DNA of 64,000 nt from positions 75,997,571 to 76,061,570 of the forward strand of contig NC_068982.1 in the NCBI RefSeq assembly GCF_001194135.2. Reading direction: 5' to 3'. The position numbers and the translations under genes are program-made. Origin of the DNA: Octopus bimaculoides (Eukaryota). The notes beneath the pieces are model-generated. The model had not been told where the DNA came from and did not search any database. It saw only the letters and a list, made by a program, of their open reading frames with translations. Shown piece by piece: positions 23,735-35,217 of the stretch (positions are counted from its first letter, which is position 1; every line of letters begins with the position of its first letter).

Positions 23735-23860
23735 ACGAACGAATGAACGAAAGAGCGAACGAACGAACGAACGAAAAACGAACGAACGAACGAACGAACG
23801 AACGAATGAACGAACGAACGAATGAACGAACGAACGAACCAACCAACCAACTAACCAACT
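23735..23860. repeat. (GAAC)n grading into (CAAC)n tetranucleotide array
   Basis: Direct observation. Confidence 0.95.
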
Positions 23861-24161
23861 GACATCTATATCGGCTATTTTTATTTAGAGACGGAATGGT
23901 ACTTGTCATATGATGGGTAACTTTGGCAGTATACTTTTGCTACCATGGGTAAATAAGGTAATATGTTATTCATACAATAATTATGATTTAATTTTTATCA
24001 AATTTCTTGGTGGTTACACAAAATGATGAAATGAATATTGATATACGAAAGAAAATATTTATAACCTGAAAATAAATTATATAAAACATATTTCTCATAT
24101 CTCTCTTCTCCCATAACTACTCTGTCCTTTACATCACCTCTTCTTCCTCTGGCTCTATGAT

Positions 24162-24207
<46 letters not shown>

Positions 24208-25689
24208 GCGTTCCTTTACTCATTGCCTGACGCATAACTCGAATGTGCACTTATCGTACACCTCTTATTTCAACGATATCTGTATCTCTCGTTTACTCTC
24301 TCTCCTCCTCTCTGTACGACTAGAGATCAACCAACAAACATTTACATGGGCTATGATTATGCAGAGTTTTTCTTGTAGTATATTTCTGGCAAGTCAGCAC
24401 AGCGGAAGTCACCCATTTCTAGTAAAAGATTTTAAATCGGACACTGAATGACAGTAGAATGACAAACACAAAGACGCGCGCGCGCACACGCACACATTCG
24501 TACGTACGTAGGTACNNNNNNNNNNNNNNNNNNNNNNNNNNNNNNNNNNNNNNNNNNNNNNNNNNNNNNNNNNNNNNNNNNNNNNNNNNNNNNNNNNNNN
24601 NNNNNNNNNNNNNNNNNNNNNNNNNNNNNNNNNNNNNNNNNNNNNNNNNNNNNNNNNNNNNNNNNNNNNNNNNNNNNNNNNNNNNNNNNNNNNNNNNNNN
24701 NNNNNNNNNNNNNNNNNNNNNNNNNNNNNNNNNNNNNNNNNNNNNNNNNNNNNNNNNNNNNNNNNNNNNNNNNNNNNNNNNNNNNNNNNNNNNNNNNNNN
24801 NNNNNNNNNNNNNNNNNNNNNNNNNNNNNNNNNNNNNNNAACGATGAAAAACTCCCTAGTGATCTTCGTTGACACATTTGAAACGTGGATTGGGTTATAC
24901 CAGAGGACATCATGTTTCTTATATTTGTTGTTTAGCTTATTGGTTCTAGAGTGTTGTACTGGGTTGCGACGTATACGTATAGCAATATACACTGGACTGT
25001 GTGAATATGTCCATGTGAGTACGTATGAATGTATGTTGATATTTATGTCCGTAGTTTTGAATGTGCAAGTGCCATAAAGATACGCCAGCTAGACCCAGTG
25101 GAGCGCACCACTGAATGTGTAACTACTCATCAAGCAGTATCGTATCACTGGCCATTAATGGGCACCGACTTTCTTAATACATATTTTATTCTGTGTACTA
25201 GCGTGTGTACGCGCGCCAGACCATGTATGTGTGGGCATTTGTACATCCATATCTACTAACGGTTACATCTAATAATTTTTCCGCTGTATTGCGTATTTGT
25301 TTCTTTTTGTACTTCATCTTTGTCATTGATCTTCTGTAGGAATAAAGCAGTATCCATTAACTTGCAGTTTCTATCTACGAAGACCAAAAAGAAAACATAC
25401 AATAATAAGTTGTGCGAAAGAGAGTTTATTTTAACGAGATTCCTTTTGAAATCACCTGAGGAGACACATCTACACCAAGGGATACACTCAAACCAGTTGT
25501 GTTGTATCCCACCCGTGAAGGATCGATGCTAGATGGGTCGAATCGATTGTAGTGATCAATAAAGATTCTTGTATCTTCCATCTTTCGTTTCTCTCATTAA
25601 TTACATATCAAAGAACACTAAGCCAGTGAAGTGCTTTACCGGCAAACTACCAGGTGTATACCATACTATTAATTAAATATACATAGTAC

Positions 25690-25845
25690 TTGTAACTTAG
25701 TGGTTCGGAAAAAGGGGCCGATAGAATATGTACTAGGGTTACAAAGAATAAGTCCTGGGGTCGATTTGCTCGACTAAAGGCAGTGCTCCAACATGACCGT
25801 AGTCAAATGACTGAAACAAGTAAAAAAGTAAAAGAATAAAAGAAT
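25690..25845 (+). mobile_element. Octopus OK/OR-type SINE, 3' part
   Basis: gccgatagaatatgtactagggttacaaagaataagtcctggggtcgatttgctcgactaaaggc.gtgctcc..catg. The reverse-complement copy is at 39427-39590. Confidence 0.75.
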
Positions 25846-25959
25846 ATATATAATAATTACACACATATATACATATATTTATCATATATATATATATGTG
25901 TGTGTATACTTGGACATACATACATACATACATACACACACACATATACATCTGTCTTT

Positions 25960-26118
25960 GCGATGAGCATCCCACGGTGGCTGTCTACTAAATTCAATGC
26001 CATTTGTCAGCCCGGGATCTAGAATAGAAAGCACTTGCTCAAGTTGCCACGTAGTGGGATAGACTGAACTCGAAACCACGGTGTTGCAAAACGAACTTCT
26101 TAACCACACAAGCATGCC
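25960..26118 (-). mobile_element. tRNA-derived SINE head
   Basis: tctactaaattc...tagaaagcacttgctcaagttgccacgtagtggga..ctgaactcgaaacc..ggtgttgcaa. Same family as 7853, 57250 and 58471. Confidence 0.7.
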
Positions 26119-28100
26119 AACAAATTTTAATAATTGCTATGCAGATTTCCACCCCACACTCTCCTAGTGAAAACCTCCTGATTTGGAGGCAGGTTTGAAT
26201 GCTCGTTGGCGTTTGTGTGTTTTTATTTTAAAAGTGATTACTTCGTCTTGAAAAAGTTATTGATCTGTTATCTCACGTAATATTTATCAGTATTGTCTAT
26301 TATTTTATTCTTGAAGAATGCACGTTCATTAACGTTTTCCGGAGGGAATCACATATCTATCATCGAATGCTTAATACAGCAGATCACTTTTTTGTTTGGT
26401 TGTTTATTCTGTCTATGTGACCATTCTATAAATTGTATTCACATCGCTCCTCCACCTCCGCTCTTATTTTCCTGTTTTATAATCTTATCTCTATTTAACG
26501 TCCACGTCCTCGTATAATTTATGGAAATGTTTTCTTCAAGCAATCNNNNNNNNNNNNNNNNNNNNNNNNNNNNNNNNNNNNNNNNNNNNNNNNNNNNNNN
26601 NNNNNNNNNNNNNNNNNNNNNNNNNNNNNNNNNNNNNNNNNNNNNNNNNNNNNNNNNNNNNNNNNNNNNNNNNNNNNNNNNNNNNNNNNNNNNNNNNNNN
26701 NNNNNNNNNNNNNNNNNNNNNNNNNNNNNNNNNNNNNNNNNNNNNNNNNNNNNNNNNNNNNNNNNNNNNNNNNNNNNNNNNNNNNNNNNNNNNNNNNNNN
26801 NNNNNNNNNNNNNNNNNNNNNNNNNNNNNNNNNNNNNNNNNNTATATATATATATATATGCAAGCGGATTGTTATCTATATATATATTATTAAATAACCA
26901 TCACGGCTGATCTTACCAATTGGTTTCGCTTTACAGAAAGAAAACAGACCAATGAACACACCTATATATACTTACCCGGATAAAATTGTGCATATGACAC
27001 CACTCCACATATCACACACCCCATCCCCACAGAAGCTCCACATTAATAATACACATCCTCCCCACTTCAAGATAACTCTTACTGGCTTAACTGCACACCC
27101 AACCAAGGGACATAACTCTTAAAATCTTCCTCTGACCCCTTTTTTTCGTTTCACCACCTTCCACGACCTTCCACCAATGCCCTCAGGCTTAGCAAAAAGA
27201 GTTTGACCAAAGCACACACCAACATGAACACACACGCACACCCCTGTAAGGCGGACACTCCACAAAATAGACTGCCTCCTACTACACCTGCACACAAATT
27301 GTACCCCCACACATGCACAGATCCTCCACACACACATTACATGCACATGTATGTATGTATATATATATATATATATATATGTATANNNNNNNNNNNNNNN
27401 NNNNNNNNNNNNNNNNNNNNNNNNNNNNNNNNNNNNNNNNNNNNNNNNNNNNNNNNNNNNNNNNNNNNNNNNNNNNNNNNNNNNNNNNNNNNNNNNNNNN
27501 NNNNNNNNNNNNNNNNNNNNNNNNNNNNNNNNNNNNNNNNNNNNNNNNNNNNNNNNNNNNNNNNNNNNNNNNNNNNNNNNNNNNNNNNNNNNNNNNNNNN
27601 NNNNNNNNNNNNNNNNNNNNNNNNNNNNNNNNNNNNNNNNNNNNNNNNNNNNNNNNNNNNNNNNNNNNNNNNNNNNNNNNNNNNNNNNNNNNNNNNNNNN
27701 NNNNNNNNNNNNNNNNNNNNNNNNNNNNNNNNNNNNNNNNNNNNNNNNNNNNNNNNNNNNNNNNNNNNNNNNNNNNNNNNNNNNNNNNNNNNNNNNNNNN
27801 NNNNNNNNNNNNNNNNNNNNNNNNNNNNNNNNNNNNNNNNNNNNNNNNNNNNNNNNNNNNNNNNNNNNNNNNNNNNNNNNNNNNNNNNNNNNNNNNNNNN
27901 NNNNNNNNNNNNNNNNNNNNNNNNNNNNNNNNNNNNNNNNNNNNNNNNNNNNNNNNNNNNNNNNNNNNNNNNNNNNNNNNNNNATATGTCGGAATAAAGT
28001 ATGCAGTTATAACATGCGTTTACTCCATTCCTTAAATTTATATATACTTTTGTTATTTACACCACCTGTCCTCGTCTGTTGTTATTATTTGTATATTCTC

Positions 28101-28145
<45 letters not shown>

Positions 28146-28173
28146 CACACACACACACACACATACATATATC

Positions 28174-28209
<36 letters not shown>

Positions 28210-28608
28210 TGTATATACGTACATACAAGCAGATATACATACGTTGTGTTCATTGTCGAAACAAAGAGTACTCGATACCACATTATATTATATAATAATA
28301 TTATATGTTTGTATATACAATCGACCAAGAATCTATAAGTCAGATAAAATAGACACTCGTATTTTATATTAATCAAAGTATACAGTATTATAGATTTTAT
28401 TACACCCGATCTTACTAATCGGTTTCGCATCGTGTATTAGGTAGAGCACGTGTATTAAGATAACTGCCCAGTTACCTAATACCCAGAGCGAAATTGACTG
28501 ATTAGATCGGCTGTACTGGTTCTATAATACTGTATACTCTGATTGATATATATATATATGTGTGTAATACGTTCTGATAGATTCGAACGTGAATATTCGA
28601 TTGCTATT

Positions 28609-29140
28609 GTTAGATTCATCGGCCCGATGAAGCAGCTTTGACTGAGGAGGTGTCGAAAGACCCGTGGTCTCTAAATCCCCTTACCTCGGTGAATTACCTA
28701 CGTTACAAACATACATCGTTTAAAGAGAGTGGATGCTCTCCGATGAGGAACAACACCAGTGATCAGATATTCAAGTCTGAATCTGCCAGAACATATTAAG
28801 AATGAATTGATACACTATTGTTTGGATTCTTGCTGCTTTGCGTACATCCCATGAATTATTTGTTTGGCTGACAAGAATATTTGTATCAGCAAATATTCAT
28901 TTGCTGATTTCTTCAAACAAGAGATGGTGTTCTTGTTAGATTCATCAGTCCGGTGGAGACACATAATAAGGTCGAAACACTGCGATGTCTCAAAGTTCTC
29001 TTACATCAATGAATGACGTGAATTATGAACACACCTCGTCTAAAAGGAGGAATGGTTCTCCGATGACGAACAACAACAGATATTAGACATTCACGTTCAA
29101 AACTGCCAGAACTTATTAAGGATGGATACAGTATTGTTTG
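28609..29140 (+). repeat. Diverged 326-bp tandem dimer with relic hammerhead motifs (retrozyme/pLTR-like)
   Basis: Units start gttagattcatc at 28609 and 28935. Each unit holds two CYGATGA..GAAA..TC-like motifs. Confidence 0.65.
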
Positions 29141-29524
29141 AATTCTCTATATAATGAATCATTATATGTATATATACGTTTTCTAGACCCTCTTCGAATT
29201 GACTGAGAAGTACCTCTATGTTCATAGAATAACATGAAACATATAAAAATCAGATTGTTTATAACTTCTTTAATTGAACGGTAAATATAAGTTTTATATG
29301 AAGGTTGTGAAAAAAAGAAAAAAAAATGCAAGTTAAAAAGTATTATGAGGTGGCCCATATTAAATGGATACTTTAGTATCGGTGTTTTTTTAAAAAAATT
29401 TTATCTTGTAGAGATGATAAAATAACGTATTGCATCGACAATTTATTTCCACTTCTAATTATTACCTCATGGTTCGTGTGACAGAAAGTACAATCAGTTG
29501 GTTGAACTCAGCGAAAACATTGTC

Positions 29525-29815
29525 TTCTGTAGAGGTAGGTATTCGAGGATTTGTTGGAACCAGAGATCATTCAATGCTCAAGCGCCATAGACTAGTTGCG
29601 AAGGAGAGAAAAGAAGTTGCCAAGAAATTGTCAGAAACCGCTGAGGAAGCAAACCATGACATCTGGCTCAAGAAAGAGGACGAGTAGTGCAGCAACAACG
29701 ATCTTTTAGGATGACAGAAACAGTCTGCCCAGAGTCACTGCATCTGACTCAACAAAGCTTGTGATGTTGCGCTGAAGCTTTGTCGTCTTACGTTAGTGGA
29801 TGACGCTGGGCAGCT
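29525..29815 (+). mobile_element. HERO-like (R2-group RLE) retrotransposon 3' fragment
   Basis: VEVGIRGFVG...ERKEVAKKLSETAEEANHDIWLKK* matches the HERO-type C-terminus (VEVGCRGF...LSEAAERSSHWLWLKR) as recalled. It is followed by a structured UTR. Confidence 0.7.
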
Positions 29816-30213
29816 CTAGTGTTACAGTGGAAAGGGCTGACGCACCTAAAGAGTTGCTTCACTGCCCAATGAGACATCGATTCCTGCATGCAAATATTTG
29901 CCCTAAACGTGAAAAAAATAATGCGTAATTATTGAAACATTCTGCTATCATATTTCCGAAATCTGTTATTTCCAGTGACATCGCTTCCATCTTTTTTGTT
30001 GAAGTTTATGTCTCTGAGTAAGCTACAACATCACTGAAAACTGCAGCTGGACTAACTGACCGTGTATTTACATGATAGCTATGGTTAAAACAGGACCTAC
30101 AGTTTGTAACTGCTGTCTTCATAGTCGAGATTCAAATGACTCAGTATAAGTACTTGAAAAATAAGTATCGTAGGGTGATGGCACATCTCACTTCAGTTTT
30201 GCCGTATTGACAA

Positions 30214-30215
<2 letters not shown>

Positions 30216-30294
<79 letters not shown>
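30216..30294. repeat. (GTA)n microsatellite
   Basis: Direct observation. Confidence 0.95.
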
Positions 30295-30295
<1 letters not shown>

Positions 30296-31278
30296 AAAGT
30301 AAAAGATATTAAACCAACAGAGTAAAACAGATATTTGGCAACAGATGAAACTATATTAATGAAGGAAAATGAAAGAATAGAAACAACAAATAAACATATT
30401 AAACACACACACGCATGCACACACAAACACAGACACACACAGACACACATAAACATAGACACACAGAGACACAGATACACTGACATACAGACACACACAC
30501 ACACACACACACAGAGTCTTGGAGAAGTTGGAGATAGTGACGAGATGAGTAAATCTAAAAATACGGGAACCAATTCCCTTTACGTAAATTCCTTGCATAT
30601 CTTCTGCTTATTTCTGTATCTCATTCAAACCAAACCTGGAAATATGATGGTATCTAAAGAAACGGTAATCCCAAAACAGTGGCACATTTTTTCCTGGAGA
30701 ATTATAAAACAATGTCTACAAGAGTTCGAGATATTTCTGTATTTGACTTCTATATAATAAAGATGGAGGTTAAACTGCCAATTAATTTATGATGTCATCG
30801 CCACCAGCATCCACCTGATAAACAGTCGCATTGATTTCTGGTGCCGTTATTTACTCGAAGAATTTATATCGAAGAATGAAAATCACAAACTTCCATCCTT
30901 TCAGCATTGTTGACTTAATTCAGTGATAATTTTCGCACAATAGGTGCTAAAAATATTTTTATGGAGTGAAAAAACGGAGAAGAATAAATAGATAAATATA
31001 TAAAGCAAAAAAAAAGATGACATACCTTTAGCGCGTATATACTCAAACACGTTCACATGCATAGGTAAACGCACATATACATATATACATACAGAGAGAC
31101 ATGCAAACACATATATGCACATACACGTACAGTGGGAGATGCGACACATATATACACATGCACACACAGAGTCATACAAACACACACACATACTCACACA
31201 CATACTCGCACACACATGCACACGCACACGTACGCATACTCTTATTTATACACTAATACACATACAGCGAGACATTCA

Positions 31279-31332
<54 letters not shown>

Positions 31333-31357
31333 CACATACAGAAAAACAGGCAAACAC

Positions 31358-31399
<42 letters not shown>

Positions 31400-31854
31400 G
31401 CACAAATACATACACAAAGACATGCAAACTCACACATATACAGAGACTTGCAAGCTCACACACGCACACATATATGCATACATATACACCAAAACGCGCG
31501 CGTGTACACACACACATACACAATCATACATATATACGTACACACATCCATACACACACGTACATATACACAAACGCGATAATTCTTCTAAAACGACTGA
31601 AGTCAAGCGATATGTAGAGATAGAGCTCTATTGATAATAAGACTCCACAATAAACCTGGTTGTGCTTGTAGTTTGGTTGTTGTTGTTGTTGTGGTGGTGG
31701 TGGTAATGGTAATGGTGGTGACTTAGAGGGAGGAGGAGGAGGACGAGGATGTGATGGTTATGGCGACGGTGGCGAAGAAATGTTGTCATCAAAGGGTTGT
31801 GTTTTCAACTTTGAAAGGTAATTCAAACAGCTATTTGAAGGAATAAAAAAGGAA

Positions 31855-31859
31855 TCATT

Positions 31860-31909
<50 letters not shown>

Positions 31910-31914
31910 TATTA

Positions 31915-31993
<79 letters not shown>

Positions 31994-32041
31994 CCCCTTC
32001 ATCCTTCGCCCTGCTGGCAAATAAACGAAATCATCATCATC

Positions 32042-32086
<45 letters not shown>

Positions 32087-32095
32087 AGAGTAGTA
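31855..32095. repeat. (ATC)n/(ATT)n array interrupted by a 39-bp LINE end at 31994-32032
   Basis: The insert matches the reverse complement of 63079-63116 at 34/39 positions. Confidence 0.9.
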
Positions 32096-32605
32096 ATAAT
32101 AGTAATGATTGTGATGATGGTGATGATGACGGTGATGACGAGGATGGTGATTTATTTGGTAAAGATGCATCAGCAGGAGAGTAGTAGTAGTAAATACATA
32201 CATATTGTATATATATGTGTATATATATATATATATATACACACAGTATGCATTATAATAATTGATGAAGGNNNNNNNNNNNNNNNNNNNNNNNNNNNNN
32301 NNNNNNNNNNNNNNNNNNNNNNNNNNNNNNNNNNNNNNNNNNNNNNNNNNNNNNNNNNNNNNNNNNNNNNNNNNNNNNNNNNNNNNNNNNNNNNNNNNNN
32401 NNNNNNNNNNNNNNNNNNNNNNNNNNNNNNNNNNNNNNNNNNNNNNNNNNNNNNNNNNNNNNNNNNNNNNNNNNNNNNNNNNNNNNNNNNNNNNNNNNNN
32501 NNNNNNNNNNNTGTATATATATATATATATATACACACAGTATGCATTATAATAATTGATGAAGGAAACGGAAGATAGATATTATTTAGCATTAATCGTT
32601 ATTCA

Positions 32606-32709
32606 GTGCGACGATCGTTTCGGCCCATCCTGCAACTATCCGTTATGGGTAGGATATTGTGCATCTAATTGAGTTGCATCACTGTGCAGTTTGTGTCACA
32701 TCAGGTGCA
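32606..32709 (-). ncRNA. Relic hammerhead
   Basis: Minus strand: tgcac CTGATGT gac...tgcaact...agttgca...gcc GAAA cgatcg TC gcac. Lesion A9U; stem III ACGAUCGU is a perfect palindrome; stem I is weak. Confidence 0.4.
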
Positions 32710-32911
32710 TGCATAAAGAAGGGGATGTTCCGCTAGATATACTGAGCTCTCCTAGGCATGTTGATCTTGCTGACTACACACACACACACACACACACATA
32801 TATATCTCTGTGTGTGTCTTTCATTTCTCCTTCGCCGCTATTCACTTTCCTATGCTCAACCACATGTATATATTTTTCTTATCTCTCCTTCTTTTCTAAG
32901 CACTCAATACT

Positions 32912-32973
32912 CTACACATCTTTATTCTTTTCTACACATCTTTATTCTTTTTAACACATCTTTATTCTTTCCT
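32912..32973. repeat. 20-bp minisatellite, 3 copies
   Basis: (t)ctacacatctttattcttt repeated. Confidence 0.85.
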
Positions 32974-33672
32974 CTTTCCTCTAAACCTCGATACTCTCTT
33001 CACTCCTCACCTCTTTCTCTACTCCTTCATTTTCTCCTATCACTTCCCACAACTTACCTTGTACTTCTGTATCTTTTCTCCAACGTTTTCATTATTGCTT
33101 TAAATAACTATCTACTTTCGTCGCCATTTTAATTATCAATCTTCACCACGCCCTGTTCAATGAATATTTTTCACACATATACACGCGTGCGCGAGCACGT
33201 GTGTATGCGTATAATGTATGAAACACTCCCAAGGTATCTTGTAGACATTCCGTTCATATTTTTCTATTAATATATCCAAACCCAGTCCATTTATCCAGTT
33301 TTCCTCCCTAATACAAATAGCTCTCTGCCATTAGTGCTATTGCTTCCAACCTGCTAATTAGAATATTTTTCGGTAAATCCATTCGTCTTTAATTCTTTTA
33401 TTGCCTGCTGATTGTTTGTCTATCTATCTGTCTGTCGCTGAAACAACTATATGCATTCTGTTGCCTGTATTCTTGACCTCTTAATCAATCAATCTACGTA
33501 TTACATATCTGTGTAGACATACTCACACGTACGCACAATTCCACTTGAGTAAACCTATTGAGTAAACTTATTAATAACGAACTTAATGAAACAGTTGTAA
33601 GTCAAATTTATTACAGTGAAAAAGAAACATGTAATGACCGTTATTTATGCCTTGTCTGTCTGTCTATCTGTC

Positions 33673-33764
<92 letters not shown>

Positions 33765-33765
33765 C

Positions 33766-34224
33766 AAATAAATAGGTAATAATTGATGGACAGGTGTCAA
33801 TCCTGTACAGCCGTTTTTAACGAATATTTTAATTGATCAATGAGCATGTTATATAATTAAAAAACCGTTTTCTTCAGATGATTACATGAATCTTACAATC
33901 AAGGACATTTAAAATAATTAAAAATAACTCAAAATCCACAGCATGAACATATTTTTCGTGTGATTTTACGACTGGTTCCTGCCTTAGAATAAGTAACCAT
34001 TCTACGGCTGAAACCAGTCGTAGAATCACGCAAACAATAATGTTCGTGCTGCTGATTTTGAATTATTTAAAATTATTTTAAATGTCCTTGATTGTAAGAA
34101 TCATGTATTTATCTGAAGAAAACGTTTTTTTTAAAATGATATATCGTACTCATTGATCAATTAAAATATTCGTTAGAAACGGCTGTAAGGGATTGACAGC
34201 TGCCCATCAATTGTTATTTATTTT
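33766..34224. mobile_element. Foldback/MITE element, ~460-bp near-perfect palindrome
   Basis: Arms of ~225 bp are reverse complements (e.g. aatgtccttgattgtaaga / tcttacaatcaaggacatt). The central loop aagtaacc is at 33991-33998. Confidence 0.88.
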
Positions 34225-34500
34225 TAATTCACCTATCTCGGAACATGACCTTCGTATATTCCGAAGTATATTATGGACTGTATATTTAATTAAAATGTAC
34301 ATGTCTGAATAGCTCAAGAGCAGGTTGTATACTCAGTTAGGTTCAATTAATGGTATAAGTTACATAAAGTTCATTCTGCCAGTACTCCTGTACCAAGGTT
34401 GGAATTCATCTATATTTGTGGTGTGTGCATTTTATTCCGACCTAACCAGGTGCCTCAACTTTAAGTACCTTATTCAACTAATCTTGTTACATATATACAT

Positions 34501-34543
<43 letters not shown>

Positions 34544-35146
34544 CACACACACACATATATATATATACATATATATACACATACATACATACATACATGC
34601 ATACATACATACATACATACATACACACACACNNNNNNNNNNNNNNNNNNNNNNNNNNNNNNNNNNNNNNNNNNNNNNNNNNNNNNNNNNNNNNNNNNNN
34701 NNNNNNNNNNNNNNNNNNNNNNNNNNNNNNNNNNNNNNNNNNNNNNNNNNNNNNNNNNNNNNNNNNNNNNNNNNNNNNNNNNNNNNNNNNNNNNNNNNNN
34801 NNNNNNNNNNNNNNNNNNNNNNNNNNNNNNNNNNNNNNNNNNNNNNNNNNNNNNNNNNNNCTTTCGTTACGTAAGTAAAACGTTAATGTTCGAAACTGCA
34901 ATCCATAGATAATTCTTTATTATGTATATTTCTCATTTTGTCCTGTTCTGGCGTTTTGCGAAATTTTTTCTGGAGAACATTATTTTTCTTTGGGGCTGGG
35001 TCGTTGATGACGTCTTTCTAGCATATTGGATGTCCACCTAGTGGTCATCCCTTATACACGTGTAATACAATTTTTTCTGAATTTTCAGATTTTTTTATAT
35101 GCTAGGCCACTTGGTTTTAAATTGAATTAATATTCAATTTATCACC

Positions 35147-35182
<36 letters not shown>

Positions 35183-35183
35183 A

Positions 35184-35217
<34 letters not shown>

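Noticed and set aside
25456-25581. 42-codon ATG-initiated frame ending at a cag|GTGATT donor (minus)
   Set aside because: The donor is weak, there is no recognisable homology, and the length is within chance expectation.
26990-27345. Second L1/Tx1-like 3' fragment (minus)
   Set aside because: Only vague similarity to the 63367 C-terminus, so it is not supportable as a feature.
29725-29813. SECIS element
   Set aside because: It lacks the RUGA/GA quartet geometry and the apical AA, and there is no upstream in-frame TGA ORF.
32205-32565. Direct repeat on both sides of the gap at 32272-32511
   Set aside because: Identical sequence flanking an N-gap is the usual signature of unmerged overlapping contig ends.
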